Shown in pieces: positions 26,401 through 36,396 of a stretch of DNA of 64,000 bases. This DNA comes from a virus, in the IMG/VR virus record IMGVR_UViG_3300019758_000009, positions 15,800 to 79,799 of that record, one strand, 5' to 3'. Under the pieces are notes generated by a model. It did no database searches. It was given only the letters and a program-made list of their open reading frames with translations, and was not told where the DNA came from. Both the position numbers and the translations under genes were made by a program. Position 1 is the first letter of the stretch; the number at the start of each line of letters is the position of its first letter.

Positions 26401-28436
26401 ATAGCAATAATGATTTTGGAATAAACATAACCGCTGTAACCGGATCTACTTTATTTAGAGCGGCTACAGACAGCGCTCTTATAGCTGGATGGGAATTTAA
26501 CACCGAAAAGATGTGGGGTGGGGCCGAATTTAGGTCTGGAGCAGGCGTGGAGATAAGTAACATCGATAAGCGTTTCATGACGTATAAAGATGCTAACAAT
26601 TACTCAAAGATGTACTACCAAGACCAGGATAACTGGGGTGTGCAGGGCGTGAATAATAACAGTGAGATATTCCATCTTGGAAGTAAAAATATAATAGGTG
26701 GATGGCTCTTTTCAGACACAAAACTATCTAAAACTCTTCCAGACGGCAACTCTATGGCGCTTGGTGAATCAATAAGTTCACCGCTATATCAGGGGCTAGA
26801 GCTAAAAACACCAACTGGTGACGGCATTATTTTAGCCATGATGAGTACAGGCGGTGACTTTATATTTTCCGTTAAGAAAAACGGGGAAAGTATAATGAAT
26901 ATAAGTCCGTTTGGAGCTAAAATAGCCGGATGGGATCTTAGTAGTTCAGGATTGTCATCCGGAGCCATAGAATTATCCAGCTCTGGCATGATAAGGCATG
27001 CGTTTGATGCATGGAGATTCAATTCAGATGGTTCAGGTGTGCTGGCCAGAGGTAATATATCATGGGATGCTAGCGGCAATGTATCTTTTTCTCCAAACGT
27101 AAAACTTGGATGGGGGCAAGTAGAAGATATGGGGATTAATAAGCCTATGATATTCAAAGATGACACCGTCAGAACGGTCCCAAAAGCTACAGATTTCGCC
27201 GGAGGTGTCAAATACACTATTACTACAAATACATCAGGTAAGGGGTTAATTAAGGTTCAATCGTCTGGAGATGGAGGTGAGATATTTGTAGGTCTTAATG
27301 GTTCTGAAGTAGGTATTATGAACGAAAATCTTGCCGATGAGACGAAATGGTACGGTTTTGAAGTAGACCTAGTGAAGGGCAGTAATTTAGTGTCTGTATG
27401 GACAAAGGATGTCTATAGTGGGGGTCAAGTTATATCTGTAAAAATTTATGGTGATGGCGATTCTAAATTCTTAACACAGATAGATAGTAACGGTATATAT
27501 ACAGGGACATTAACAGCTGACCAAGTAAACGCCGTTAGCATTAATGCTGACAGCATAAAAGCTGGAACTATATCAGCTAGCAGGATCGATACAGGAAGCA
27601 TAACCTCGTTGGGCAACATCACATCTGGATCTTTCAGCTTGGGAAGCGGTAAGTTTTCCGTCTCTGATGCTGGATTTTTAACAGCTAAAGAAGGAACAAT
27701 AGGGGGGTTCAGGATTACAAGCTGGGAAATTGCAACATCCAACTTTTACACAGGTGGAGCGGACAACAGAATGGGTCTCAACGCATCAAACGGAACTTTA
27801 TACATGCTAGATAGCGACAACAGGATGTCATCTGTCTCATCAGACGGTATACTAGCTAACAACGCAAAGATCCAGAACATATCAGGCACAAGCGGCATAA
27901 AACTTAGATCATCACTGTCAGGCAGGGGGTATTCTACAGCAACTGAAGTATGGGAAGGCAACTCTCATAAAGAGTACATAGCTGGTGTGTATTGCTCTAC
28001 AAATACACCGACTACTAACTCAGCTCCAGCTTACTCTATGTGGTCAGAAGGCACTTCAAGGCTTAATGGCGCTATAGTTAGTAGAGCTAGATTTTTGTCT
28101 GTCGCTAGCAATTCAAGTATCGATAAAGAGGATATAATGCGAAGTAATGTTATGGTAGTAAAATGTACCGGCACTACTGATCCATATCTGTACCTACCTT
28201 CATCTTCGCAGATGAACAGATGGTTCGGGACCAGCTTAGGAGATATAACGTACAGGTTAACTATTATCAGCGAGCATGACTCAACTAGAAACTTCAGGCC
28301 AGCTAGATATTACCACTGGAATGGGGCGTACAGCGCTAATGGTGAGTTTTGGTTAGCCCAAGGAGATAGTGCGGAGTTTATCTACATATCACAAGGCACT
28401 GGCGGCTATTGGCAATACATAAATCACAGATCATAA
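23445..28436 (+). CDS. Large tail fibre / receptor-binding protein with CBM-like and F5/8-like domains
   Basis: 1663 aa. It has KNLL.NS..YTFSVW..QVEEG..ATSY, a discoidin-like YIQIDLG..EVS.DG..W, and repeated IGGW/IAGW and ITADQV motifs. Confidence 0.8.
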   Translation: MALITSDRFKIAIGPDSNKVQGLHVGDVVLRKYYNNTTQFYSLLIVDEIGTNPTEGDFFIGKLIDGMEPGATGTELLDFVRVTSVMDTDRMGALYMTGSESNAPFLDVVDNLGRDASVFWPEGKDENVGYFMPDNAYASSYYNSTDRHFYIIKTSATPDSNSIQVKMKLEDKLSVGTKYLISYKYLCTTPASITSRISNSDSSQPSAMWTDDYINEWKYKAEVFECTYVGADTHFILSTGTAGVGSRLSISDFNIIPVDSLINRKSDLKSRIGKLYGVNDNVFGEIQGYGGYFKRLYATQDVNIAGTLTAGDANGFGNTFMAGRIRKNLLANSETVLGAGVRAVGAVINTKAPTKLTDNATRYTISTGTSSPQITTTAEIQAGKTYTFSVWIKPSSSLGVSCDRFKVIFHAPPLKGLYDSNYKISSGDLKFEEWSRISVTGTFSGTGIHPAQCIIDIDRLAAENGTIDVWGWQVEEGDLATSYQKTDNVISSSDDYGMWANRGGFGGTMQNPLLKLNSDGTIIGGDNKLILRPDGSAEFNGEVVIKDSLGNPMDVEAVMDSKISTYDTSLGALAKKDSVTEAFIDNNAISLSKLGVTVISGGKIKTDILNAVEIQTATVTAAKINGLTCTFGQGTIGGWDISPTSLSKGNIVISSDGEIRNTTGAWMFRNLGSGIIANGNISWDNAGNVTFTDAVKLNWANSANGIEFRYIRDWQNGSTVNTGNYWYNVSVFSGSEDIAIGATIIASATSGNLERIVDGVTDGSTGYGGMPGITKPEYIQIDLGSIRKDIDYIQLYPYFNDGRTFHDTKTEVSKDGVTWVTVLDSKVSGTWATSPLGKRISINDNSRLTKITNAGIYTGSITADQVNAARVTVLGDVTAGSFNIGTGKFSVTSEGALTASGADISGKITASSGKIANWNILDNELRYEDNSDGLGVRRISLKAVPPGQPVSGTGGAGLSFYSGAPAPGMRAMQVGQVCNKGTFGNYSNNDFGINITAVTGSTLFRAATDSALIAGWEFNTEKMWGGAEFRSGAGVEISNIDKRFMTYKDANNYSKMYYQDQDNWGVQGVNNNSEIFHLGSKNIIGGWLFSDTKLSKTLPDGNSMALGESISSPLYQGLELKTPTGDGIILAMMSTGGDFIFSVKKNGESIMNISPFGAKIAGWDLSSSGLSSGAIELSSSGMIRHAFDAWRFNSDGSGVLARGNISWDASGNVSFSPNVKLGWGQVEDMGINKPMIFKDDTVRTVPKATDFAGGVKYTITTNTSGKGLIKVQSSGDGGEIFVGLNGSEVGIMNENLADETKWYGFEVDLVKGSNLVSVWTKDVYSGGQVISVKIYGDGDSKFLTQIDSNGIYTGTLTADQVNAVSINADSIKAGTISASRIDTGSITSLGNITSGSFSLGSGKFSVSDAGFLTAKEGTIGGFRITSWEIATSNFYTGGADNRMGLNASNGTLYMLDSDNRMSSVSSDGILANNAKIQNISGTSGIKLRSSLSGRGYSTATEVWEGNSHKEYIAGVYCSTNTPTTNSAPAYSMWSEGTSRLNGAIVSRARFLSVASNSSIDKEDIMRSNVMVVKCTGTTDPYLYLPSSSQMNRWFGTSLGDITYRLTIISEHDSTRNFRPARYYHWNGAYSANGEFWLAQGDSAEFIYISQGTGGYWQYINHRS

Positions 28437-28448
28437 CAAAGCAAACAC

Positions 28449-28472
28449 AGGGGCGGGTAACTGCCCCTTTTT
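28449..28472 (+). terminator. Rho-independent terminator
   Basis: GGGGCGG-GTAA-CTGCCCCTTTTT. Confidence 0.75.
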
Positions 28473-28519
28473 GCGCTTTTTACCACTACTTATTATTATA
28501 ACAAAAACATACTTACAGC

Positions 28520-29155
28520 ATGAGAAAAGATATAGTAATGGACATCGATAACGGCGACATAGCCCTAAGAGACAAGCCTCCGGCTTACTCCACATCTTTA
28601 AAGTGGGTAAATGAGGATGATTTCTTTATATACGGCGACTGCACGCTTGAGGCGCCAGCAACACTCCAAAATCTAACAGGAGGGATCGGTGTTTATGTGC
28701 CACAAAAAGACTCACTGAAACCCATAAAAATAAAATTCACAACAGTATCAGGCAGAGGGGACGTGGAAAGCACAGGATATTTAAGTGTAAATAATTTAAA
28801 AAAAGAGACCATTACCGGAGCATCTATGGTAATAGTTTCCAATGATTTATTCTTCAGGGTCTACCTAACTCCTGGCAGCGAAGTGTTTACACTTACATCA
28901 GGATACCTGCATGATCTAACCGTAGACGAATCAATGATACAGAACGAGTATTTTTTACTAGTATCTGACCCATCTGCTCTTTATCAGTACCCCTTAACAG
29001 GAGTAGGGATAAGGAAATTTTTAAATGGTAACATCCGGCGATCTAGCTTACCACAGAAGATACAGTCTGAATTCACTCTAGATGGTATGAATGTAGAAAA
29101 AATACAATACAACGAAGAAACAGACGAGATAATAACCCAATCAACTGAGAACTAA
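28520..29155 (+). CDS. Putative baseplate wedge protein (gp25-like C-terminus)
   Basis: MRKDI..D...GD and YQYPLTGVGI..FL...F..DG..V. Confidence 0.55.
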   Translation: MRKDIVMDIDNGDIALRDKPPAYSTSLKWVNEDDFFIYGDCTLEAPATLQNLTGGIGVYVPQKDSLKPIKIKFTTVSGRGDVESTGYLSVNNLKKETITGASMVIVSNDLFFRVYLTPGSEVFTLTSGYLHDLTVDESMIQNEYFLLVSDPSALYQYPLTGVGIRKFLNGNIRRSSLPQKIQSEFTLDGMNVEKIQYNEETDEIITQSTEN

Positions 29156-31527
29156 TGGAAACATATGAAGTAAAATACGGACAAACAATATTTGACGTAG
29201 CACTCCAGGTTTATGGAGATATATCAGGGATTGGGGATTTGCTGAAAAATAACAAAACACTAAATTTCGGTTCAGTGTTAAGCGAAGGAGATAAGATCCT
29301 GTATGACGCCAACAACGCTATAAACTCTACAGTGGTTAAGTATTTCGATAAAAATAACCTTACTGTATCAAACGGTGAGGGCTATATTTATTTTAAAGAA
29401 ACAGAAGAAACTATTAGGGCGCTTGTATTTATCGATCAAGAACTAATGAGTATCAACTGGCAGCTATCAGGCACTGGAACTATACTATTTGACTGGGGAG
29501 ATGACACCGACATAGAGGCCATTCCTTTATCCAGCGCCCCAAAATACATCACTCACAGCATGAACTCTCTTGTGTCCGCGAATTACGATTTTAGAAAAAT
29601 TAGAATATACGGGAATTTTACACTGACTACATTCAACGCTGAAGGCAGCGGCATAGAAAAGTTATTCGCAATAAACGAATTCAGTACCGAACATATTGAC
29701 CTATCAAACAACAGCAAATGCACAAACATAGGGTTCGCCAGCATCGCTAAAGACGCGACAACTATTAAGCTATCAAGAATAAAAGTTGGCGACTTACTGC
29801 CTTTGGTATCTCAAGAAAAAATGTCTAATTTATGGATTGATAACGCAACAATAACGCAGGACACTTTAGATAATTACTTTATTGGATTGGTCAAAAATTA
29901 CCAATCTAGGCCAGCGTGCAATGTGAGGATGTGGGGCAATGCATCGCCATCCGGAATATATCAAAAGCCGGATGTGTTATATGACCCACAGACCGGACTT
30001 GAAGCCATGTGGGTCTTAGAAAACGAAAGGGGTTGGTCCATACAGGAAATAATTTCACCACCTAAAGAAGAAAGTATAAATAGAAGGCTAGATAGTAGAG
30101 TGGGTGCTAACATAATAGATAGTGCTGGAGGCCAAAACGCGCTATTATGCTTACCTGTCAGCAAATTCACCAGCTCACAACTAAGCGATGTGATTACAAA
30201 CATAAACGCAGCCACTATAAATCACATAAAGCTAAAAGTGATGATAGAGGCCTTGCCTGTGTCCAGAGGGACTATAATTGGAGCTTTAGATGACACGAAC
30301 GGCAGTTTCTTTTCTGTGGACATCTTACCTGATGGAAGAATAGAGTTCTCTCATGGCCCAGCTGTGTTCACCACTACAGCTTCAATACATGATGGCAGTG
30401 ATCATTTGATAGAAATAGACGCCTCAAGTGGAGAAGGCATGGTATGTTCTATAGACGAAGAGGTATTATCGCAGCTACCCCCTCAAGGGGATAACACGAA
30501 CTCATTCGTATCTATAGGATGCCTATATAGTTCATCAGGCACCAAAACTAAACATATTGACGCTTTGGTCTGGGATGTTGAATTATCATTTGGTAACTAC
30601 AAACTGCCATTACCTCACCTTATGTATGATGTGATGACAAAAACTAAGTACACCGCAAATGCAGTAACAGAAAGGATTATATCTCCAATTATAAGTGGAG
30701 TACCTAACAACGGTGGGAGCGAATACATGTTGCTTCACGGAGCTATAGCTAGGCGGCCTAACAGCTTACTTACTGGGTATTCGGAAAAAATTGGTGACGG
30801 TACACTTAATCCGTTCTGGAGTGAAGCTAATATTTCTGTAGTTAAACATGCTTCAAAAAAGATGTTATTAACAGGACTGATGAAGGTCACTCAAGCTGCC
30901 AAAGATATGGGCGCGTCAGCCGTAATTAGGTGCGAGTACTTCAACGCGGCCAACGTAAGTTTAGGTAGCAGTGAATTATTATCAACATCAACAAGTTACA
31001 GCAGGCATTCTACAGAGATACTGCTACCAGCCACTACTGATTATGTGACTCTAACGTCACATCATAATCCTGACATCATAACAGATGGGACAGCTTATGT
31101 AAAAGAAGTATCGCTGACGCCTGTAATTCCAGAGTTCATACCTAACTCCGTAGACGGAGAAATACTTATACCTCTACTTACAGGAGATACACCGATACCC
31201 GGCGGTGAATTTTTAAACTTGACACCATTAGATATAATTTTCGGGGAAGGAGCTAGTATACAGAACTACATATGGGATAAGTCCAGAACCGATATATGGT
31301 CAAACAACGTCAGAAGCTCAGAATGCTATGACCCCGCAGATAAAACGCGGTGGTGCATGCCTGAGTTAAGCCAGAAGTTCATATATAACAATATTGAAAC
31401 GTCATTCTTGTACATACCATGGATCAAGGTGTCGGGAGGGAAAATAGAAGATATATTCCAATACCCAGAGCCATTGACTGGAGACGATAAGAACCGATGC
31501 AACAGATACGTTCACTTAACAACATAA
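29155..31527 (+). CDS. LysM-domain baseplate protein extended with LRR-like and LamG/CBM-like regions
   Basis: YEVKYGQTIFDVALQVYGD (LysM), DWGD and a beta-sandwich-like middle region. Confidence 0.65.
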   Translation: METYEVKYGQTIFDVALQVYGDISGIGDLLKNNKTLNFGSVLSEGDKILYDANNAINSTVVKYFDKNNLTVSNGEGYIYFKETEETIRALVFIDQELMSINWQLSGTGTILFDWGDDTDIEAIPLSSAPKYITHSMNSLVSANYDFRKIRIYGNFTLTTFNAEGSGIEKLFAINEFSTEHIDLSNNSKCTNIGFASIAKDATTIKLSRIKVGDLLPLVSQEKMSNLWIDNATITQDTLDNYFIGLVKNYQSRPACNVRMWGNASPSGIYQKPDVLYDPQTGLEAMWVLENERGWSIQEIISPPKEESINRRLDSRVGANIIDSAGGQNALLCLPVSKFTSSQLSDVITNINAATINHIKLKVMIEALPVSRGTIIGALDDTNGSFFSVDILPDGRIEFSHGPAVFTTTASIHDGSDHLIEIDASSGEGMVCSIDEEVLSQLPPQGDNTNSFVSIGCLYSSSGTKTKHIDALVWDVELSFGNYKLPLPHLMYDVMTKTKYTANAVTERIISPIISGVPNNGGSEYMLLHGAIARRPNSLLTGYSEKIGDGTLNPFWSEANISVVKHASKKMLLTGLMKVTQAAKDMGASAVIRCEYFNAANVSLGSSELLSTSTSYSRHSTEILLPATTDYVTLTSHHNPDIITDGTAYVKEVSLTPVIPEFIPNSVDGEILIPLLTGDTPIPGGEFLNLTPLDIIFGEGASIQNYIWDKSRTDIWSNNVRSSECYDPADKTRWCMPELSQKFIYNNIETSFLYIPWIKVSGGKIEDIFQYPEPLTGDDKNRCNRYVHLTT

Positions 31528-31531
31528 AAAC

Positions 31532-31762
31532 ATGAAACAAACTTTAAAATCTTTACTTAGCAATAACCCCAACGTATCCAGCAAAAGAGTTGCTGGATTT
31601 GGTGGGTGGGTTATTTTTTGTGGTATTATCCTCGGGTCATTTATATTCAGTTTAAATATAAACGACAAACAGGAATCATTAATGGAAACATTAGCATATT
31701 CATCTGTAGTACTTATAGCTGGAGGGACTCTGGAAACTGTTTTTAGAAGAAAACAAAAGTAA
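31532..31762 (+). CDS. Small two-TM protein, putative holin
   Basis: VSSKR followed by two hydrophobic helices and a basic C-terminus. Confidence 0.5.
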   Translation: MKQTLKSLLSNNPNVSSKRVAGFGGWVIFCGIILGSFIFSLNINDKQESLMETLAYSSVVLIAGGTLETVFRRKQK

Positions 31763-31802
31763 CAATTAAATACTACTTTTAAATATAACAAAAACACTTT
31801 TT

Positions 31803-32687
31803 ATGGCAACACCAATCAAGACTATTCAAGATACAATAATCGCAGCAAAAAACTCCAAGCTTGAATTATCAGAAATAGAGAGCGATTCTAAGGTCTCTAT
31901 ATTCAACGCGTGGGCATATGCTGTGGCTGTAGCTATACACTCACTTGAGGTTATACTAGATCTATTTAAAAATGAGATAAATTCTATTCTTGATTCAAAA
32001 GAAATGGGCGTGCCTCAATATTACGTGAACAAAGCGTACTCTTTTCAGGATGGGGACACAATTGAAGTGTCTGCAGACGGGCTAACAGTAGCTTATCCCG
32101 TCGAAGACGTATCAAAGCAGATAATTACAAGAGCTTCGTACGAGGAAACAAACATATCTGCCCAGAACAACGATAAATTATTATTGCTTAAAGTAGCAAA
32201 GGGCGATGTAGGAGCTCTTGAGCCTCTTTCTTCAGAACAAATGGTAAGGTTCACAGCTTATATTAATGCTATGAAATTTGCAGGAACGAACATTCAGCCT
32301 GTAAGTAAAATAGGAGATATATTACTGCCGAGGTTCACAGTATATCATGACGGGACACTTCCAGACTCAGTTATTTTAGCAGGAGTGGAAGAAGCGATAC
32401 ATAACTTCTTGATAAATCTATCGTTTGATTCAGCAATGTACGTGTCTAAATTATTCGATGCAGTACAAGGAGTTAGTAATGTTACAGACGTGTATGTAGA
32501 CCAATCTGCAGTTCCGGCCCAAGGGGTGTTCTTAAGGGATTTCGATGATAATGGAGTAATGCAAGCAGAGAAAAAAATAGAAAGGTACACGCACCTCACT
32601 TCCGGATATATGAGGGAATCGACTAAAAAGGGCCAAGAGCTAACGGTCGGGAACTTCAGTGATTCATTAATCATAAAATCGGAATAA
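31803..32687 (+). CDS. Baseplate J-like protein
   Basis: SKVSIF..WAY, YY..KA..FQ.G, LKVAK, Y....KFAG and L.DA.Q.V..V.D. Confidence 0.7.
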   Translation: MATPIKTIQDTIIAAKNSKLELSEIESDSKVSIFNAWAYAVAVAIHSLEVILDLFKNEINSILDSKEMGVPQYYVNKAYSFQDGDTIEVSADGLTVAYPVEDVSKQIITRASYEETNISAQNNDKLLLLKVAKGDVGALEPLSSEQMVRFTAYINAMKFAGTNIQPVSKIGDILLPRFTVYHDGTLPDSVILAGVEEAIHNFLINLSFDSAMYVSKLFDAVQGVSNVTDVYVDQSAVPAQGVFLRDFDDNGVMQAEKKIERYTHLTSGYMRESTKKGQELTVGNFSDSLIIKSE

Positions 32688-33223
32688 TGAGCAGATTTAA
32701 ATTATATGTTGACAGGATTATCAATATGGTAACCCCGCCACCTATGAGAGGTAGGGACAATATACTCTGGATTCAGAGTATGGTGTCCCCCTTAAAGACT
32801 ATTAATGACGCCTTTCAAGTATTTGCCAGAGAAAAGAAGATAGAGGCCAGTGTAACTTCCGTGGTTATCCATTTCGAGTGGTATCTTAACTACAAATTTA
32901 GTAAGTACTTCACAAATCAGAATGACAAAATCACGCTTGCTCACTACGGGGATTTGGGGGTACCTGTTTTTGATGACGGAGAAACCGGAGAGATACCTGA
33001 TTTGGTATGGGGAGAGAACGAAGACTGGTCATTAGCTCCAGAGGATGAAAAACCGAACCCGTATTACGATGAATTTGAATCACTAGCAGCTATCGGGGCC
33101 TCCTTTAAGGTGCTAGTTCCTGAAGTATCTATACTGCATCACCAGTTTGACATTATGCTGAGAGCAGAAATAGACAAATACAGATTAAGCGGCAAGACTT
33201 ATAACATAGAACATAATTTATAA
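32687..33223 (+). CDS. Baseplate wedge protein (gpI-like)
   Basis: PP..R, V...EWYLN..F and F.V.VP...YRLSGK.Y.I; follows the J-like gene. Confidence 0.65.
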   Translation: MSRFKLYVDRIINMVTPPPMRGRDNILWIQSMVSPLKTINDAFQVFAREKKIEASVTSVVIHFEWYLNYKFSKYFTNQNDKITLAHYGDLGVPVFDDGETGEIPDLVWGENEDWSLAPEDEKPNPYYDEFESLAAIGASFKVLVPEVSILHHQFDIMLRAEIDKYRLSGKTYNIEHNL

Positions 33224-33232
33224 AATAAACAT

Positions 33233-35113
33233 ATGAAGGAATACGAAGCGCTGGTAGGCGGTAGGTTTACCTACAAACAAGACTGGAGGCATATCCAAGA
33301 CCTTGCTTTATCCATCTCACAGATATTTACAGATTGCGACAGCTTTATCGTATCAGGATGCGAGATAACTGGAGCCATTGGAAATAGATCCATAGCCCCA
33401 GGTTATATTTGGATGAATAAAAAAATAAGGTACTTCGAAGGTAAGGCCAATATAAATTTAGCTGACCCTAATTACCTCGTTGAAGACACAGTGGCTATAC
33501 CTATAAAATATAGCGGAGGAGGAACAAAGGTAGGTGGGTACGATCATAGAGTAATATGGTCTGACATTACCCCTGGAGCCGGCACCGAATTCATTCCAGT
33601 TCCAGTGGACGGGGCATTGCCTACGTTAAATGATAAGTTTTTTGGAAAGTACGCCATACTATCTAATACCTCATCTTCTCAGCAGACAATAGCTAAACTC
33701 TTAGTGTTACAGGATAGCTTAAGCGTAAAAGGGGCTGTAAACATAGGTAATGGGGCGATAGGTAAAGACTTAAGTGTTCACAGAACAGATTCAAGCGGGA
33801 AAGTATCTAAGATCGTAAACTCAATCAGTACCGATGGCGTTGGGGCTATCCAGGCTCACTATGATAATAAAAAAATAGGAGAGATGGCATTTAACCCAAC
33901 AGCCAAAGAGTATACGCTTAAGATAAATGACGTAAGCCAAATATCTGTAACAGAGTCAGCTATAGTGCTAAAATCCTTAACAAGTGAAGGAGTTATTAAA
34001 AACGCCGATATTTCCATAAGTGGGAATTCAATAAATAAAACTAGCGGCGACAATGACACCAGCGATCTAAGGTTAAATTACTCAGGATATAATGGCGGGG
34101 TAACTAGATTCAGAGATACATCGCTTTATGATGGTAAAAATGGCTTAATAGCCAAATTTTCTGGCTCTACAAAAACATTTACTCACTATGGCACTGTAGT
34201 TCAAGCCAGCAGTGATCAAATAGGGGTAAAGATACAGGAAAAAACAAAAATAAAAACTGACGCCAGCCTACTGAAGTCCATTGATTGGTACGATAAAGAT
34301 GATGCGGTAATGTTTAGGTTTGGGTATATCTCAAATTCAGATCAGAATATTACATTAGATAATTCTGGCGTTGGAGATATAGTTATCGCTCCTAAGCAAT
34401 ATCTAAAATCAACCACTCCAATTATGGAGCAGGGTGAGTTATTGTCCAATAGGTACGCGTCAAAAACTGACTTACCTACCAGTTTAGATACAAAGGTAGA
34501 TAAGGTGGCTGGGTACTCATTGACAAAAAACGATTTCACTGATACCCTTAAAGCCAAGCTCGATGACTTCAATTATGGAGCCGTAGGAATAGGTAATCCG
34601 GGATTAGTGACAGGAGGGCAGGTATCTAATGAAATTAGAAAAAGACTTGTTATAGCTGAAAATCTTAATGATATACCTGATAAGACCACAGCAAGAAACA
34701 ACTTGGATGTACCAAGAAAGGGGGACTCATACCTTAAAAGCCAGACATACTCAAAAGGGGAGACGTACTCACGCTCAGAAGCTGACACGAAATTCCAAAC
34801 AGCCTTAGTTGATACTGGATGGATAGATGCCGGAAACCCTGGAACCACCTCTGAGATGCATGTCAAAGTGAGGCAAATAGGGAACATTGTAAATATCACT
34901 GGAGTGAGTGGTTCAAATACTTTCGGGACAACATTATTCTCCATACCAGATGCAATTGCCCCTCCTCCATTTACGACAGGATTAAAATTAGGAAGCCCTA
35001 TATCTGGCTCAGAACTAACACTTGTATGCATAGCTAACGGTAGAAACTTCCAGGTCATGCAAGCAGGGTCATCTTTAGCAATACAATATATAAACATAAC
35101 TTACTTCGTATGA
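33233..35113 (+). CDS. Tail fibre protein
   Basis: N-terminal IVSGC..PG, KVDKV.G.SL..NDFT...K.KL, NLND.PDK..AR.NL and C-terminal DTGW..RQIGNIV. Confidence 0.8.
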   Translation: MKEYEALVGGRFTYKQDWRHIQDLALSISQIFTDCDSFIVSGCEITGAIGNRSIAPGYIWMNKKIRYFEGKANINLADPNYLVEDTVAIPIKYSGGGTKVGGYDHRVIWSDITPGAGTEFIPVPVDGALPTLNDKFFGKYAILSNTSSSQQTIAKLLVLQDSLSVKGAVNIGNGAIGKDLSVHRTDSSGKVSKIVNSISTDGVGAIQAHYDNKKIGEMAFNPTAKEYTLKINDVSQISVTESAIVLKSLTSEGVIKNADISISGNSINKTSGDNDTSDLRLNYSGYNGGVTRFRDTSLYDGKNGLIAKFSGSTKTFTHYGTVVQASSDQIGVKIQEKTKIKTDASLLKSIDWYDKDDAVMFRFGYISNSDQNITLDNSGVGDIVIAPKQYLKSTTPIMEQGELLSNRYASKTDLPTSLDTKVDKVAGYSLTKNDFTDTLKAKLDDFNYGAVGIGNPGLVTGGQVSNEIRKRLVIAENLNDIPDKTTARNNLDVPRKGDSYLKSQTYSKGETYSRSEADTKFQTALVDTGWIDAGNPGTTSEMHVKVRQIGNIVNITGVSGSNTFGTTLFSIPDAIAPPPFTTGLKLGSPISGSELTLVCIANGRNFQVMQAGSSLAIQYINITYFV

Positions 35114-35253
35114 GACATTTAGGAAATATCAGAAAACAAAACAAAAGCATAGAAAATGCCGACAAAGCCAAGCAAGCTGCAAGGAACGCGGACAACAAGC
35201 CCCGGGCTAAGAAAAAGCCAACTGAAGGGAAGGCCTCCGGGAACAAGGCTTAA
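35110..35253 (+). CDS. Small basic protein (47 aa) overlapping the next ORF
   Basis: ATGA overlap with the fibre stop. MRHLGNIRKQNKSIENADKAKQAARNADNKPRAKKKPTEGKASGNKA*. Confidence 0.35.
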   Translation: MRHLGNIRKQNKSIENADKAKQAARNADNKPRAKKKPTEGKASGNKA

Positions 35254-35581
35254 GAGGCAGTTCGAAGAAACAAGACTGGGGTTCATGCTAAAGTATGAGA
35301 CCCCACTTGAGTTCGAGCTAATCATGCAGGCAACAAAAAAGGCGGTTTTCAAAAAGCCAGATATTAACCTTATTGAGGCGGTATGCTCCGCATCTGACGA
35401 CATTTCATTTAATAAGGCTAAATTCAAAAAGTACCTACAAGAATACCGTGATCATGGTATCCATTGCGACAGACCAAAAGTCATAACTCCAGAACGAGAA
35501 AGGTATTACGAATTACTTCGTAGAAACAAAACGAAGGCGTATATGGTAGGAAAAAAGAAAATGTTAAAAAAATTACAATAA
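35156..35581 (+). CDS. Basic hypothetical protein (possible DNA-binding)
   Basis: KGRPPG AT-hook-like motif and high K/R content. Confidence 0.6.
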   Translation: MPTKPSKLQGTRTTSPGLRKSQLKGRPPGTRLKRQFEETRLGFMLKYETPLEFELIMQATKKAVFKKPDINLIEAVCSASDDISFNKAKFKKYLQEYRDHGIHCDRPKVITPERERYYELLRRNKTKAYMVGKKKMLKKLQ

Positions 35582-35584
35582 AAT

Positions 35585-35619
35585 AAGGAGCTCCCTATCA
35601 ATGGGTTGCTCCTTTTTTT
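35585..35619 (+). terminator. Terminator ending the structural operon
   Basis: AAGGAGC..CC-loop-GG..GCTCCTTTTTTT. Confidence 0.7.
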
Positions 35620-35694
35620 GTCAAAAACATTAAATTAGCTATTGTATATATGGATTTTTTATCTACTTTTGCACTACACAAAAACAAATAATAT

Positions 35695-36396
35695 ATGGAA
35701 AATTTTAGTATTGATATCACCAAGCATACAGACAGGTCACTAATGTTAGAGGCGGCAGAAGCCACCTTTGCTGGCAACAGCAATCAGACCCTTGCTTCGA
35801 TGTACAGGTCCGAGCACTCACCCGCAAGAACCCAGATGTTTATGATAAAGCTCGAAGATATCCCTCTGTATGTATCGACGCACCTACTTCGTCATCATGT
35901 AGGCTCCCAACCATTCGCCTTAACTCACCGTACAGACAGGAATGGTGGAGGCTTTGATTTACCTACACAGGTAAAGAGCCTTAAGTCTATGTTTAACGAA
36001 TACACTGAGCTATTGACGGCTGGAGAAGTGGGAACTGAGGTGCAGACGAGGATATTTGATGAATTAACGAGGATTTCCGATAAAGGGGGCCGTATGACGC
36101 CAACTAATCTGTCGTTATTTATCAACGCTCAATCGCTAATAGATATGGCGAGGCTTAGGATCTGTAACAAAGCATCGCTACATACTAGGGTTACGTTTAA
36201 CGCTATCAGGGAAGAACTTAAGAAGCATGATGCTGAACTGGTGCCGTTTTTAGTTAGAACGTGCGTGTACAGAAATGGCATCTGCAACGAGACCCCATGT
36301 GGCTTTACAAGAACAAAAGAATGGGATACGGAGATGTCTGAATACCTGAAGAATTTCACGAAGAAACAGCAACCCCCTAGCTCTGTACCTCTTTAA
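35695..36396 (+). CDS. thyX: Flavin-dependent thymidylate synthase-like protein (divergent ThyX)
   Basis: EHSP, V..HLLRHH...HR.DR (variant of RHRx7SxR), NA.SL...RLRIC..A..TR and P...R.C..RNG.C.E. Confidence 0.65.
   Translation: MENFSIDITKHTDRSLMLEAAEATFAGNSNQTLASMYRSEHSPARTQMFMIKLEDIPLYVSTHLLRHHVGSQPFALTHRTDRNGGGFDLPTQVKSLKSMFNEYTELLTAGEVGTEVQTRIFDELTRISDKGGRMTPTNLSLFINAQSLIDMARLRICNKASLHTRVTFNAIREELKKHDAELVPFLVRTCVYRNGICNETPCGFTRTKEWDTEMSEYLKNFTKKQQPPSSVPL

Noticed and set aside
23445-35113. Diversity-generating retroelement targeting the tail fibres
   Set aside because: No reverse transcriptase is in the window, and I saw no template/variable repeat pair differing at adenines.
15974-35427. 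Many short minus-strand ORFs across the structural module, and similar shadows elsewhere
   Set aside because: They lie within long plus-strand genes, have biased Ser/Pro/Leu/Ile composition and show no recognisable motifs.
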